Of a stretch of 64,000 nt of DNA, positions 28,701 through 44,511 are shown piece by piece (within the stretch, counting starts at the first letter, position 1; each line of letters opens with the position of its first letter). Origin of the DNA: Eledone cirrhosa (taxonomy: Eukaryota); NCBI GenBank assembly GCA_964016885.1, contig OZ024740.1, positions 425,816,001 through 425,880,000 of the forward strand, given 5' to 3'. The notes beneath the pieces were generated by a model. The model had not been told where the DNA came from. It made no database searches and saw nothing but the letters and a program-made list of their open reading frames with translations. The position numbers and the translations under genes were made by a program.

Positions 28701-31700
28701 TAGGTGTATATACTGTAGACAGCCATTACCTAGGTATATATTCTGTAGACAGCCATTACATAGGTGTATATACTGTAGACAGCCATTACATAGGTGTATA
28801 TACTGTAGACTGCCATTACATAGGTGTATATACTGTAGACAGCCATTACATAGGTGTATATACTGTAGACAGCCAATACATAGGTGTATATACTGCAGAC
28901 AGCCAATACATAGGTGTATATACTGTAGACAGCCATTACATAGGTGTATATACTGTAGACAGCCATAGGTGTATATACTGTAGACAGCCATTACATAGGT
29001 GTATATACTGTAGACTGCCATTACATAGGTGTATATACTGTAGACTGCTATTACATAGGTGTATATACTGTAGACAACCAATACATAGGTGTATATACTG
29101 TAGACAGCCATTACATAGGTGTATATACTCTAGACAGCCATAGGTGTATATACTGCAGACAGCCATTACATTAGTGTATATACTGCAGACAGCCATTACA
29201 TAGGTGTATATACTGTAGACAGCCATAGGTGTATATACTGTAGACAGCCATTACATAGGTGTATATACTGTAGACAGCCATTACATAGGTGTATATACTG
29301 TAGACAGCCATTACCTAGGTATATATTCTGTAGACAGCCATTACATAGGTGTATATACTGTAGACAGCCATTACATAGGTGTATATACTGTAGACTGCCA
29401 TTACATAGGTGTATATACTGTAGACAGCCATTACATAGGTGTATATACTGTAGACAGCCAATACATAGGTGTATATACTGCAGACAGCCAATACATAGGT
29501 GTATATACTGTAGACAGCCATTACATAGGTGTATATACTGTAGACAGCCATAGGTGTATATACTGTAGACAGCCATTACATAGGTGTATATACTGTAGAC
29601 TGCCATTACATAGGTGTATATACTGTAGACTGCTATTACATAGGTGTATATACTGTAGACAACCAATACATAGGTGTATATACTGTAGACAGCCATTACA
29701 TAGGTGTATATACTCTAGACAGCCATAGGTGTATATACTGCAGACAGCCATTACATTAGTGTATATACTGCAGACAGCCATTACATAGGTGTATATACTG
29801 TAGACAGCCATAGGTGTATATACTGTAGACAGCCATTACATAGGTGTATATACTGCAGACAGCCAATACATAGGTGTATATACTGCAGACGGCCAATACA
29901 TAGGTGTATATACTGCAGACAGCCATTACATAGGTGTATATACTGTAGACAGCCATTACATAGGTGTATATACTGTAGACAGCCAATACATAGGTGTATA
30001 TACTGTAGACAGCCATTACATAGGTGTATATACTCTAGACAGCCATAGGTGTATATACTGCAGACAGCCATTACATAGGTGTATATACTGCAGACAGCCA
30101 ATACATAGGTGTATATACTGCAGACAGCCAATACATAGGTGTATATACTGTAGACAGCCAATACATAGGTGTATATACTGCAGACAGTCAATACATAGGT
30201 GTATATACTGCAGACAGCCAATACATAGGTATATATACTGCAGACAGCCATTACATAGGTGTATATACTGTAGACAGCCAATACATAGGTGTATATACTG
30301 TAGACAGCCATTACATAGGTGTATATACTCTAGACAGCCATAGGTATATATACTGTAGACAGCCAATACATAGGTGTATATACTGCAGACAGTCAATACA
30401 TAGGTTTATATACTGTAGACAGCCATTACATAGGTGTATATTCTGCAGACAGCCATTACATAGGTGTATATACTGCAGACAGCCAATACATAGGTGTATA
30501 TACTGTAGACAGCCATTACATAGGTGTATATACTGCAGACAGCCATTACATAGGTGTATATACTGTAGACAGCCATTACATTGGTGTATATACTGTAGAC
30601 AGCCATTACATAGGTGTATATACTGTAGACAGCCATTACATAGGTTTATATACTGCAGACAGCCATTACATAGGTGTATATACTGCAGACAGCCATTACA
30701 TAGGTGTCTATACTGCAGACAGCCATTACATAGGTGTATATACTGCAGACAGCCATTACATAGGTGTATATACTGTAGACAGCCATTACATAGGTATATA
30801 TACTGTAGACAGCCATTACATAGGTGTATATACTACAGACAGCCATTACATAGGTATATATACTGTAGACAGCCATTACATAGGTATATATACTGTAGAC
30901 AGCCATTACATAGGTATATATACTGTAGACAGCCAATACATAGGTGTATATACTGTAGACAGCCATTACATAGGTATATATACTGTAGACAGCCAATACA
31001 TAGGTGTATATACTGTAGACAGCCATTACATAGGTGTATATACTGCAGACAGCCATTACATAGGTGTATATACTTTAGACAGCCATTACATAGGTGTATA
31101 TACTCTAGACAGCCATAGGTGTATATACTGCAGACAGCCATTACATTAGTGTATATACTGCAGACAGCCATTACATAGGTGTATATACTGTAGACAGCCA
31201 TAGGTGTATATACTGTAGACAGCCATTACATAGGTGTATATACTGCAGACAGCCAATAAATAGGTGTATATACTGCAGACAGCCAATACATAGGTGTATA
31301 TACTGCAGACAGCCAATACATAGGTGTATATACTGCAGACGGCCAATACATAGGTGTATATACTGCAGACAGCCATTACATAGGTGTATATACTGTAGAC
31401 AGCCATTACATAGGTGTATATACTGTAGACAGACATTACATAGCTGTATATACTGTAGACAGCCAATACATAGGTGTATATACTGCAGACAGCCAATACA
31501 TAGGTGTATATGCTGTAGACAGCCAATACATAGGTGTATATACTGCAGACAGTCAATACATAGGTGTATATACTGCAGACAGCCAATACATAGGTATATA
31601 TACTGCAGACAGCCATTACATAGGTGTATATACTGTAGACAGCCAATACATAGGTGTATATACTGTAGACAGCCATTACATAGGTGTATATACTCTAGAC

Positions 31701-34700
31701 AGCCATAGGTATATATACTGTAGACAGCCAATACATAGGTGTATATACTGCAGACAGTCAATACATAGGTTTATATACTGTAGACAGCCATTACATAGGT
31801 GTATATACTGCAGACAGCCATTACATAGGTGTATATACTGCAGACAGCCATTACATAGGTGTATATACTGTAGACAGCCATTACATAGGTGTATATACTG
31901 CAGACAGCCATTACATACGTGTATATACTGTAGACAGCCATTACATAGGTGTATATACTGCAGACAGCCATTACATAGGTGTATATACTGCTGACAGCCA
32001 TTACATAGCTGTATATACTGCAGACAGCCATTACATAAGTGTATATACTGTAGACAGCCATTACATAGGTGTATATACTGTAGACAGCCATAGATATATA
32101 TACTGTAGACAGCCATTACATAGGTATATATACTGCAGACAGCCATTACATAGGTGTATATACTGTAGACAGCCATTACATAGGTGTATATACTGTAGAC
32201 AGCCATTACATAGGTGTATATACTGTAGACAGCCATTACATAGGTGTATATACTGTAGACAGCCATTACATAGGTGCATATACTGTAGACAGCCATAGGT
32301 GTATATACTGCAGACAGCCAATACATAGGTGTATATACTGCAGACAGCCAATACATAGGTGTATATACTGTAGACAGCCAATACATAGGTATATATACTG
32401 TAGACAGCCATTACATAGGTGTATATACTGTAGACAGCCATTACATAGGTGTATATACTGTAGACAGCCATTACCTAGGTATATATTCTGTAGACAGCCA
32501 TTACATAGGTGTATATACTGTAGACAGCCATTACATAGGTGTATATACTGTAGACTGCCATTACATAGGTGTATATACTGTAGACAGCCATTACATAGGT
32601 GTATATACTGTAGACAGCCAATACATAGGTGTATATACTGCAGACAGCCAATACATAGGTGTATATACTGTAGACAGCCATTACATAGGTGTATATACTG
32701 TAGACAGCCATAGGTGTATATACTGTAGACAGCCATTACATAGGTGTATATACTGTAGACTGCCATTACATAGGTGTATATACTGTAGACTGCTATTACA
32801 TAGGTGTATATACTGTAGACAACCAATACATAGGTGTATATACTGTAGACAGCCATTACATAGGTGTATATACTCTAGACAGCCATAGGTGTATATACTG
32901 CAGACAGCCATTACATTAGTGTATATACTGCAGACAGCCATTACATAGGTGTATATACTGTAGACAGCCATAGGTGTATATACTGTAGACAGCCATTACA
33001 TAGGTGTATATACTGTAGACAGCCATTACATAGGTGTATATACTGTAGACAGCCATTACCTAGGTATATATTCTGTAGACAGCCATTACATAGGTGTATA
33101 TACTGTAGACAGCCATTACATAGGTGTATATACTGTAGACTGCCATTACATAGGTGTATATACTGTAGACAGCCATTACATAGGTGTATATACTGTAGAC
33201 AGCCAATACATAGGTGTATATACTGCAGACAGCCAATACATAGGTGTATATACTGTAGACAGCCATTACATAGGTGTATATACTGTAGACAGCCATAGGT
33301 GTATATACTGTAGACAGCCATTACATAGGTGTATATACTGTAGACTGCCATTACATAGGTGTATATACTGTAGACTGCTATTACATAGGTGTATATACTG
33401 TAGACAACCAATACATAGGTGTATATACTGTAGACAGCCATTACATAGGTGTATATACTCTAGACAGCCATAGGTGTATATACTGCAGACAGCCATTACA
33501 TTAGTGTATATACTGCAGACAGCCATTACATAGGTGTATATACTGTAGACAGCCATAGGTGTATATACTGTAGACAGCCATTACATAGGTGTATATACTG
33601 CAGACAGCCAATACATAGGTGTATATACTGCAGACGGCCAATACATAGGTGTATATACTGCAGACAGCCATTACATAGGTGTATATACTGTAGACAGCCA
33701 TTACATAGGTGTATATACTGTAGACAGCCAATACATAGGTGTATATACTGTAGACAGCCATTACATAGGTGTATATACTCTAGACAGCCATAGGTGTATA
33801 TACTGCAGACAGCCATTACATAGGTGTATATACTGCAGACAGCCAATACATAGGTGTATATACTGCAGACAGCCAATACATAGGTGTATATACTGTAGAC
33901 AGCCAATACATAGGTGTATATACTGCAGACAGTCAATACATAGGTGTATATACTGCAGACAGCCAATACATAGGTATATATACTGCAGACAGCCATTACA
34001 TAGGTGTATATACTGTAGACAGCCAATACATAGGTGTATATACTGTAGACAGCCATTACATAGGTGTATATACTCTAGACAGCCATAGGTATATATACTG
34101 TAGACAGCCAATACATAGGTGTATATACTGCAGACAGTCAATACATAGGTTTATATACTGTAGACAGCCATTACATAGGTGTATATTCTGCAGACAGCCA
34201 TTACATAGGTGTATATACTGCAGACAGCCAATACATAGGTGTATATACTGTAGACAGCCATTACATAGGTGTATATACTGCAGACAGCCATTACATAGGT
34301 GTATATACTGTAGACAGCCATTACATTGGTGTATATACTGTAGACAGCCATTACATAGGTGTATATACTGTAGACAGCCATTACATAGGTTTATATACTG
34401 CAGACAGCCATTACATAGGTGTATATACTGCAGACAGCCATTACATAGGTGTCTATACTGCAGACAGCCATTACATAGGTGTATATACTGCAGACAGCCA
34501 TTACATAGGTGTATATACTGTAGACAGCCATTACATAGGTATATATACTGTAGACAGCCATTACATAGGTGTATATACTACAGACAGCCATTACATAGGT
34601 ATATATACTGTAGACAGCCATTACATAGGTATATATACTGTAGACAGCCATTACATAGGTATATATACTGTAGACAGCCAATACATAGGTGTATATACTG

Positions 34701-37700
34701 TAGACAGCCATTACATAGGTATATATACTGTAGACAGCCAATACATAGGTGTATATACTGTAGACAGCCATTACATAGGTGTATATACTGCAGACAGCCA
34801 TTACATAGGTGTATATACTTTAGACAGCCATTACATAGGTGTATATACTCTAGACAGCCATAGGTGTATATACTGCAGACAGCCATTACATTAGTGTATA
34901 TACTGCAGACAGCCATTACATAGGTGTATATACTGTAGACAGCCATAGGTGTATATACTGTAGACAGCCATTACATAGGTGTATATACTGCAGACAGCCA
35001 ATAAATAGGTGTATATACTGCAGACAGCCAATACATAGGTGTATATACTGCAGACAGCCAATACATAGGTGTATATACTGCAGACGGCCAATACATAGGT
35101 GTATATACTGCAGACAGCCATTACATAGGTGTATATACTGTAGACAGCCATTACATAGGTGTATATACTGTAGACAGACATTACATAGCTGTATATACTG
35201 TAGACAGCCAATACATAGGTGTATATACTGCAGACAGCCAATACATAGGTGTATATGCTGTAGACAGCCAATACATAGGTGTATATACTGCAGACAGTCA
35301 ATACATAGGTGTATATACTGCAGACAGCCAATACATAGGTATATATACTGCAGACAGCCATTACATAGGTGTATATACTGTAGACAGCCAATACATAGGT
35401 GTATATACTGTAGACAGCCATTACATAGGTGTATATACTCTAGACAGCCATAGGTATATATACTGTAGACAGCCAATACATAGGTGTATATACTGCAGAC
35501 AGTCAATACATAGGTTTATATACTGTAGACAGCCATTACATAGGTGTATATACTGCAGACAGCCATTACATAGGTGTATATACTGCAGACAGCCATTACA
35601 TAGGTGTATATACTGTAGACAGCCATTACATAGGTGTATATACTGCAGACAGCCATTACATACGTGTATATACTGTAGACAGCCATTACATAGGTGTATA
35701 TACTGCAGACAGCCATTACATAGGTGTATATACTGCTGACAGCCATTACATAGCTGTATATACTGCAGACAGCCATTACATAAGTGTATATACTGTAGAC
35801 AGCCATTACATAGGTGTATATACTGTAGACAGCCATAGATATATATACTGTAGACAGCCATTACATAGGTATATATACTGCAGACAGCCATTACATAGGT
35901 GTATATACTGTAGACAGCCATTACATAGGTGTATATACTGTAGACAGCCATTACATAGGTGTATATACTGTAGACAGCCATTACATAGGTGTATATACTG
36001 TAGACAGCCATTACATAGGTGCATATACTGTAGACAGCCATAGGTGTATATACTGCAGACAGCCAATACATAGGTGTATATACTGCAGACAGCCAATACA
36101 TAGGTGTATATACTGTAGACAGCCAATACATAGGTATATATACTGTAGACAGCCATTACATAGGTGTATATACTGTAGACAGCCATTACATAGGTGTATA
36201 TACTGTAGACAGCCATTACCTAGGTATATATTCTGTAGACAGCCATTACATAGGTGTATATACTGTAGACAGCCATTACATAGGTGTATATACTGTAGAC
36301 TGCCATTACATAGGTGTATATACTGTAGACAGCCATTACATAGGTGTATATACTGTAGACAGCCAATACATAGGTGTATATACTGCAGACAGCCAATACA
36401 TAGGTGTATATACTGTAGACAGCCATTACATAGGTGTATATACTGTAGACAGCCATAGGTGTATATACTGTAGACAGCCATTACATAGGTGTATATACTG
36501 TAGACTGCCATTACATAGGTGTATATACTGTAGACTGCTATTACATAGGTGTATATACTGTAGACAACCAATACATAGGTGTATATACTGTAGACAGCCA
36601 TTACATAGGTGTATATACTCTAGACAGCCATAGGTGTATATACTGCAGACAGCCATTACATTAGTGTATATACTGCAGACAGCCATTACATAGGTGTATA
36701 TACTGTAGACAGCCATAGGTGTATATACTGTAGACAGCCATTACATAGGTGTATATACTGTAGACAGCCATTACATAGGTGTATATACTGTAGACAGCCA
36801 TTACCTAGGTATATATTCTGTAGACAGCCATTACATAGGTGTATATACTGTAGACAGCCATTACATAGGTGTATATACTGTAGACTGCCATTACATAGGT
36901 GTATATACTGTAGACAGCCATTACATAGGTGTATATACTGTAGACAGCCAATACATAGGTGTATATACTGCAGACAGCCAATACATAGGTGTATATACTG
37001 TAGACAGCCATTACATAGGTGTATATACTGTAGACAGCCATAGGTGTATATACTGTAGACAGCCATTACATAGGTGTATATACTGTAGACTGCCATTACA
37101 TAGGTGTATATACTGTAGACTGCTATTACATAGGTGTATATACTGTAGACAACCAATACATAGGTGTATATACTGTAGACAGCCATTACATAGGTGTATA
37201 TACTCTAGACAGCCATAGGTGTATATACTGCAGACAGCCATTACATTAGTGTATATACTGCAGACAGCCATTACATAGGTGTATATACTGTAGACAGCCA
37301 TAGGTGTATATACTGTAGACAGCCATTACATAGGTGTATATACTGCAGACAGCCAATACATAGGTGTATATACTGCAGACGGCCAATACATAGGTGTATA
37401 TACTGCAGACAGCCATTACATAGGTGTATATACTGTAGACAGCCATTACATAGGTGTATATACTGTAGACAGCCAATACATAGGTGTATATACTGTAGAC
37501 AGCCATTACATAGGTGTATATACTCTAGACAGCCATAGGTGTATATACTGCAGACAGCCATTACATAGGTGTATATACTGCAGACAGCCAATACATAGGT
37601 GTATATACTGCAGACAGCCAATACATAGGTGTATATACTGTAGACAGCCAATACATAGGTGTATATACTGCAGACAGTCAATACATAGGTGTATATACTG

Positions 37701-40700
37701 CAGACAGCCAATACATAGGTATATATACTGCAGACAGCCATTACATAGGTGTATATACTGTAGACAGCCAATACATAGGTGTATATACTGTAGACAGCCA
37801 TTACATAGGTGTATATACTCTAGACAGCCATAGGTATATATACTGTAGACAGCCAATACATAGGTGTATATACTGCAGACAGTCAATACATAGGTTTATA
37901 TACTGTAGACAGCCATTACATAGGTGTATATTCTGCAGACAGCCATTACATAGGTGTATATACTGCAGACAGCCAACACATAGGTGTATATACTGTAGAC
38001 AGCCATTACATAGGTGTATATACTGCAGACAGCCATTACATAGGTGTATATACTGTAGACAGCCATTACATTGGTGTATATACTGTAGACAGCCATTACA
38101 TAGGTGTATATACTGTAGACAGCCATTACATAGGTTTATATACTGCAGACAGCCATTACATAGGTGTATATACTGCAGACAGCCATTACATAGGTGTCTA
38201 TACTGCAGACAGCCATTACATAGGTGTATATACTGCAGACAGCCATTACATAGGTGTATATACTGTAGACAGCCATTACATAGGTATATATACTGTAGAC
38301 AGCCATTACATAGGTGTATATACTACAGACAGCCATTACATAGGTATATATACTGTAGACAGCCATTACATAGGTATATATACTGTAGACAGCCATTACA
38401 TAGGTATATATACTGTAGACAGCCAATACATAGGTGTATATACTGCAGACAGCCAATACATAGGTGTATATACTGTAGACAGCCAATACATAGGTGTATA
38501 TACTGCAGACAGTCAATACATAGGTGTATATACTGCAGACAGCCAATACATAGGTATATATACTGCAGACAGCCATTACATAGGTGTATATACTGTAGAC
38601 AGCCAATACATAGGTGTATATACTGTAGACAGCCATTACATAGGTGTATATACTCTAGACAGCCATAGGTATATATACTGTAGACAGCCAATACATAGGT
38701 GTATATACTGCAGACAGTCAATACATAGGTTTATATACTGTAGACAGCCATTACATAGGTGTATATTCTGCAGACAGCCATTACATAGGTGTATATACTG
38801 CAGACAGCCAATACATAGGTGTATATACTGTAGACAGCCATTGCATAGGTGTATATACTGCAGACAGCCATTACATAGGTGTATATACTGTAGACAGCCA
38901 TTACATTGGTGTATATACTGTAGACAGCCATTACATAGGTGTATATACTGTAGACAGCCATTACATAGGTTTATATACTGCAGACAGCCATTACATAGGT
39001 GTATATACTGCAGACAGCCATTACATAGGTGTCTATACTGCAGACAGCCATTACATAGGTGTATATACTGCAGACAGCCATTACATAGGTGTATATACTG
39101 TAGACAGCCATTACATAGGTATATATACTGTAGACAGCCATTACATAGGTGTATATACTACAGACAGCCATTACATAGGTATATATACTGTAGACAGCCA
39201 TTACATAGGTATATATACTGTAGACAGCCATTACATAGGTATATATACTGTAGACAGCCAATACATAGGTGTATATACTGTAGACAGCCATTACATAGGT
39301 ATATATACTGTAGACAGCCAATACATAGGTGTATATACTGTAGACAGCCATTACATAGGTGTATATACTGCAGACAGCCATTACATAGGTGTATATACTT
39401 TAGACAGCCATTACATAGGTGTATATACTCTAGACAGCCATAGGTGTATATACTGCAGACAGCCATTACATTAGTGTATATACTGCAGACAGCCATTACA
39501 TAGGTGTATATACTGTAGACAGCCATAGGTGTATATACTGTAGACAGCCATTACATAGGTGTATATACTGCAGACAGCCAATAAATAGGTGTATATACTG
39601 CAGACAGCCAATACATAGGTGTATATACTGCAGACAGCCAATACATAGGTGTATATACTGCAGACGGCCAATACATAGGTGTATATACTGCAGACAGCCA
39701 TTACATAGGTGTATATACTGTAGACAGCCATTACATAGGTGTATATACTGTAGACAGACATTACATAGCTGTATATACTGTAGACAGCCAATACATAGGT
39801 GTATATACTGCAGACAGCCAATACATAGGTGTATATGCTGTAGACAGCCAATACATAGGTGTATATACTGCAGACAGTCAATACATAGGTGTATATACTG
39901 CAGACAGCCAATACATAGGTATATATACTGCAGACAGCCATTACATAGGTGTATATACTGTAGACAGCCAATACATAGGTGTATATACTGTAGACAGCCA
40001 TTACATAGGTGTATATACTCTAGACAGCCATAGGTATATATACTGTAGACAGCCAATACATAGGTGTATATACTGCAGACAGTCAATACATAGGTTTATA
40101 TACTGTAGACAGCCATTACATAGGTGTATATACTGCAGACAGCCATTACATAGGTGTATATACTGCAGACAGCCATTACATAGGTGTATATACTGTAGAC
40201 AGCCATTACATAGGTGTATATACTGCAGACAGCCATTACATACGTGTATATACTGTAGACAGCCATTACATAGGTGTATATACTGCAGACAGCCATTACA
40301 TAGGTGTATATACTGCTGACAGCCATTACATAGCTGTATATACTGCAGACAGCCATTACATAAGTGTATATACTGTAGACAGCCATTACATAGGTGTATA
40401 TACTGTAGACAGCCATAGATATATATACTGTAGACAGCCATTACATAGGTATATATACTGCAGACAGCCATTACATAGGTGTATATACTGTAGACAGCCA
40501 TTACATAGGTGTATATACTGTAGACAGCCATTACATAGGTGTATATACTGTAGACAGCCATTACATAGGTGTATATACTGTAGACAGCCATTACATAGGT
40601 GCATATACTGTAGACAGCCATAGGTGTATATACTGCAGACAGCCAATACATAGGTGTATATACTGCAGACAGCCAATACATAGGTGTATATACTGTAGAC

Positions 40701-43178
40701 AGCCAATACATAGGTATATATACTGTAGACAGCCATTACATAGGTGTATATACTGTAGACAGCCATTACATAGGTGTATATACTGTAGACAGCCATTACC
40801 TAGGTATATATTCTGTAGACAGCCATTACATAGGTGTATATACTGTAGACAGCCATTACATAGGTGTATATACTGTAGACTGCCATTACATAGGTGTATA
40901 TACTGTAGACAGCCATTACATAGGTGTATATACTGTAGACAGCCAATACATAGGTGTATATACTGCAGACAGCCAATACATAGGTGTATATACTGTAGAC
41001 AGCCATTACATAGGTGTATATACTGTAGACAGCCATAGGTGTATATACTGTAGACAGCCATTACATAGGTGTATATACTGTAGACTGCCATTACATAGGT
41101 GTATATACTGTAGACTGCTATTACATAGGTGTATATACTGTAGACAACCAATACATAGGTGTATATACTGTAGACAGCCATTACATAGGTGTATATACTC
41201 TAGACAGCCATAGGTGTATATACTGCAGACAGCCATTACATTAGTGTATATACTGCAGACAGCCATTACATAGGTGTATATACTGTAGACAGCCATAGGT
41301 GTATATACTGTAGACAGCCATTACATAGGTGTATATACTGTAGACAGCCATTACATAGGTGTATATACTGTAGACAGCCATTACCTAGGTATATATTCTG
41401 TAGACAGCCATTACATAGGTGTATATACTGTAGACAGCCATTACATAGGTGTATATACTGTAGACTGCCATTACATAGGTGTATATACTGTAGACAGCCA
41501 TTACATAGGTGTATATACTGTAGACAGCCAATACATAGGTGTATATACTGCAGACAGCCAATACATAGGTGTATATACTGTAGACAGCCATTACATAGGT
41601 GTATATACTGTAGACAGCCATAGGTGTATATACTGTAGACAGCCATTACATAGGTGTATATACTGTAGACTGCCATTACATAGGTGTATATACTGTAGAC
41701 TGCTATTACATAGGTGTATATACTGTAGACAACCAATACATAGGTGTATATACTGTAGACAGCCATTACATAGGTGTATATACTCTAGACAGCCATAGGT
41801 GTATATACTGCAGACAGCCATTACATTAGTGTATATACTGCAGACAGCCATTACATAGGTGTATATACTGTAGACAGCCATAGGTGTATATACTGTAGAC
41901 AGCCATTACATAGGTGTATATACTGCAGACAGCCAATACATAGGTGTATATACTGCAGACGGCCAATACATAGGTGTATATACTGCAGACAGCCATTACA
42001 TAGGTGTATATACTGTAGACAGCCATTACATAGGTGTATATACTGTAGACAGCCAATACATAGGTGTATATACTGTAGACAGCCATTACATAGGTGTATA
42101 TACTCTAGACAGCCATAGGTGTATATACTGCAGACAGCCATTACATAGGTGTATATACTGCAGACAGCCAATACATAGGTGTATATACTGCAGACAGCCA
42201 ATACATAGGTGTATATACTGTAGACAGCCAATACATAGGTGTATATACTGCAGACAGTCAATACATAGGTGTATATACTGCAGACAGCCAATACATAGGT
42301 ATATATACTGCAGACAGCCATTACATAGGTGTATATACTGTAGACAGCCAATACATAGGTGTATATACTGTAGACAGCCATTACATAGGTGTATATACTC
42401 TAGACAGCCATAGGTATATATACTGTAGACAGCCAATACATAGGTGTATATACTGCAGACAGTCAATACATAGGTTTATATACTGTAGACAGCCATTACA
42501 TAGGTGTATATTCTGCAGACAGCCATTACATAGGTGTATATACTGCAGACAGCCAACACATAGGTGTATATACTGTAGACAGCCATTACATAGGTGTATA
42601 TACTGCAGACAGCCATTACATAGGTGTATATACTGTAGACAGCCATTACATTGGTGTATATACTGTAGACAGCCATTACATAGGTGTATATACTGTAGAC
42701 AGCCATTACATAGGTTTATATACTGCAGACAGCCATTACATAGGTGTATATACTGCAGACAGCCATTACATAGGTGTCTATACTGCAGACAGCCATTACA
42801 TAGGTGTATATACTGCAGACAGCCATTACATAGGTGTATATACTGTAGACAGCCATTACATAGGTATATATACTGTAGACAGCCATTACATAGGTGTATA
42901 TACTACAGACAGCCATTACATAGGTATATATACTGTAGACAGCCATTACATAGGTATATATACTGTAGACAGCCATTACATAGGTATATATACTGTAGAC
43001 AGCCAATACATAGGTGTATATACTGTAGACAGCCATTACATAGGTATATATACTGTAGACAGCCAATACATAGGTGTATATACTGTAGACAGCCATTACA
43101 TAGGTGTATATACTGCAGACAGCCATTACATAGGTGTATATACTTTAGACAGCCATTACATAGGTGTATATACTGCAG
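16770..43178. repeat. 30-bp satellite with 25-bp deletion variants, about 890 monomers, 3745-bp higher-order repeat in the right 60%
   Basis: Unit AGACAGCCATTACATAGGTGTATATACTG(T/C); the 25-mer lacks TTACA; diagnostic variants recur at 3745-bp spacing. Confidence 0.99.
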
Positions 43179-43364
43179 GAGACAAACAAGTATATTGACG
43201 TAGTTCACAAAGACATCACTCTGATGATTTTACCAGAAATATATACAGAGGTATGTAGTGTCGCAAAAAATCTGGTAGGAGTTCCTCTCCTTGATTTGAT
43301 CGGAACTGACATGATATATATATAAATATGTATATGTATAAATATATATATATAAATATATCGG

Positions 43365-43493
43365 AAAATGTTCAAGACCCCGACGGCAGAGCTCGAGCTG
43401 TTTCGACGTTTCCTATTACCCACTCTACTACCCTAAGTATTGAGTACTCTGGTACGTTACTGTTCACCTGGCTCTATACCACACTTCCTTTGT

Positions 43494-43495
<2 letters not shown>
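43365..43495 (-). mobile_element. Family P copy with a single arm
   Basis: CCTATTACCCACTCTACTACCCTAAGTATTGAGTACTCTGGTACGTTA. Confidence 0.8.
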
Positions 43496-43525
<30 letters not shown>

Positions 43526-43766
43526 ATCCAGCTTCTATAATTTTGGGTAGAAGCAGGGGGTATGTGGCTCGGATGATCGCCAACCAGCGTGAAACAGACT
43601 GTCAGCTTCTCTCCCTTCTTTCGCCGAAAAGAGGTAAGTTACATAGTCACTACTTTAAAACCGATAGCGTATGGTCTTCTAAATGTTTTTAATAAAACAT
43701 ACGGTATATTGCGAAATATACTATACATACATTCATGTATACATCGCTATTTCAGAACACCAATCG

Positions 43767-43799
<33 letters not shown>

Positions 43800-43926
43800 T
43801 TGTAGCTTGCTTGAAGCATCTTTGAATAGGAAATACAAATTTAAATTTTGAAAAGCAAAACAATGCGTTAGGAAGAATGTTAAATCGCCAAGAAAACAAA
43901 AGAATCTTACCTTAGTAAATTTAATG

Positions 43927-43968
43927 ATCTCAAATATTTTCTGATTTAAAAATCCATCATCAGGGGAG
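43927..43968 (-). ncRNA. Degenerate hammerhead motif
   Basis: CUCCC-CUGAUGA-UGGAUUU uu AAAUCA-GAAA-AUAU-UU-GAGAU; stem I partly lost. Confidence 0.5.
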
Positions 43969-44030
43969 TAATCCTATGAAGGACTTAGAAAATCGATCAA
44001 ACAAAACAAGGGAGAGACATAACATAACAA

Positions 44031-44080
44031 ATTAGTCACTGAGGAGATCAGAGAATGTGTGACGAAAGAGCTTTGTCAAT
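44031..44080 (+). ncRNA. Degenerate hammerhead motif
   Basis: CUGAGGA-GaUCA..UGAC-GAAA-GAGC-UU-UGUCAAU; stems imperfect. Confidence 0.4.
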
Positions 44081-44195
44081 AAACAAATAAATAACCATCT
44101 GGTTATTAAACTAACCGACTGAATGTTTATAATAAATTGAAATGAAAACTAACAGGTGCGTGTGGTGTTATTGGCAGTTGTCACTCTCAAAGTAT

Positions 44196-44277
<82 letters not shown>

Positions 44278-44428
44278 AGTATATGTTGGTTGTATACCAA
44301 CACCATCTCAATATGCAGATTGGAGCACTCGACGAAGTGCGCAGGTTGGTTTGGTTACTCCGGAGTAATGTAAAATAAAATAAAATAAAATAAATAAATC
44401 AAATGTTTAAAATTTGGCTTCGTTAATT

Positions 44429-44483
44429 ACTGCTATATATAGTTCGGTGACAGCCATCTTTGGCTGTGACCTCTTCAGGCAGT
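44429..44483 (-). ncRNA. Hammerhead motif with A15.1->C substitution
   Basis: ACUGC-CUGAAGA-GGUcACAGCCA aaga UGGCUGUcACC-GAAC-UAUAUA-UA-GCAGU; 5-bp stem I, 10-bp stem II. Confidence 0.65.
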
Positions 44484-44511
44484 CCGAATTAGTGTGGTAG
44501 AGACGTGTACA

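Noticed and set aside
16770-43178. CRISPR array, or Cys/His-rich repeat proteins (CNGCLQYIHL, HRCIYCRQP)
   Set aside because: There are no unique spacers. The ORFs arise because the unit is 30 bp, and the 25-bp variants and stops break the frames at random.
43179-43250. Plus-strand 72-nt exon ETNKYIDVVHKDITLMILPEIYTE (cag|..|gtatgt)
   Set aside because: There is no polypyrimidine tract because the upstream sequence is satellite, and the peptide is not recognised. Not excluded, but weaker than the minus-strand model.
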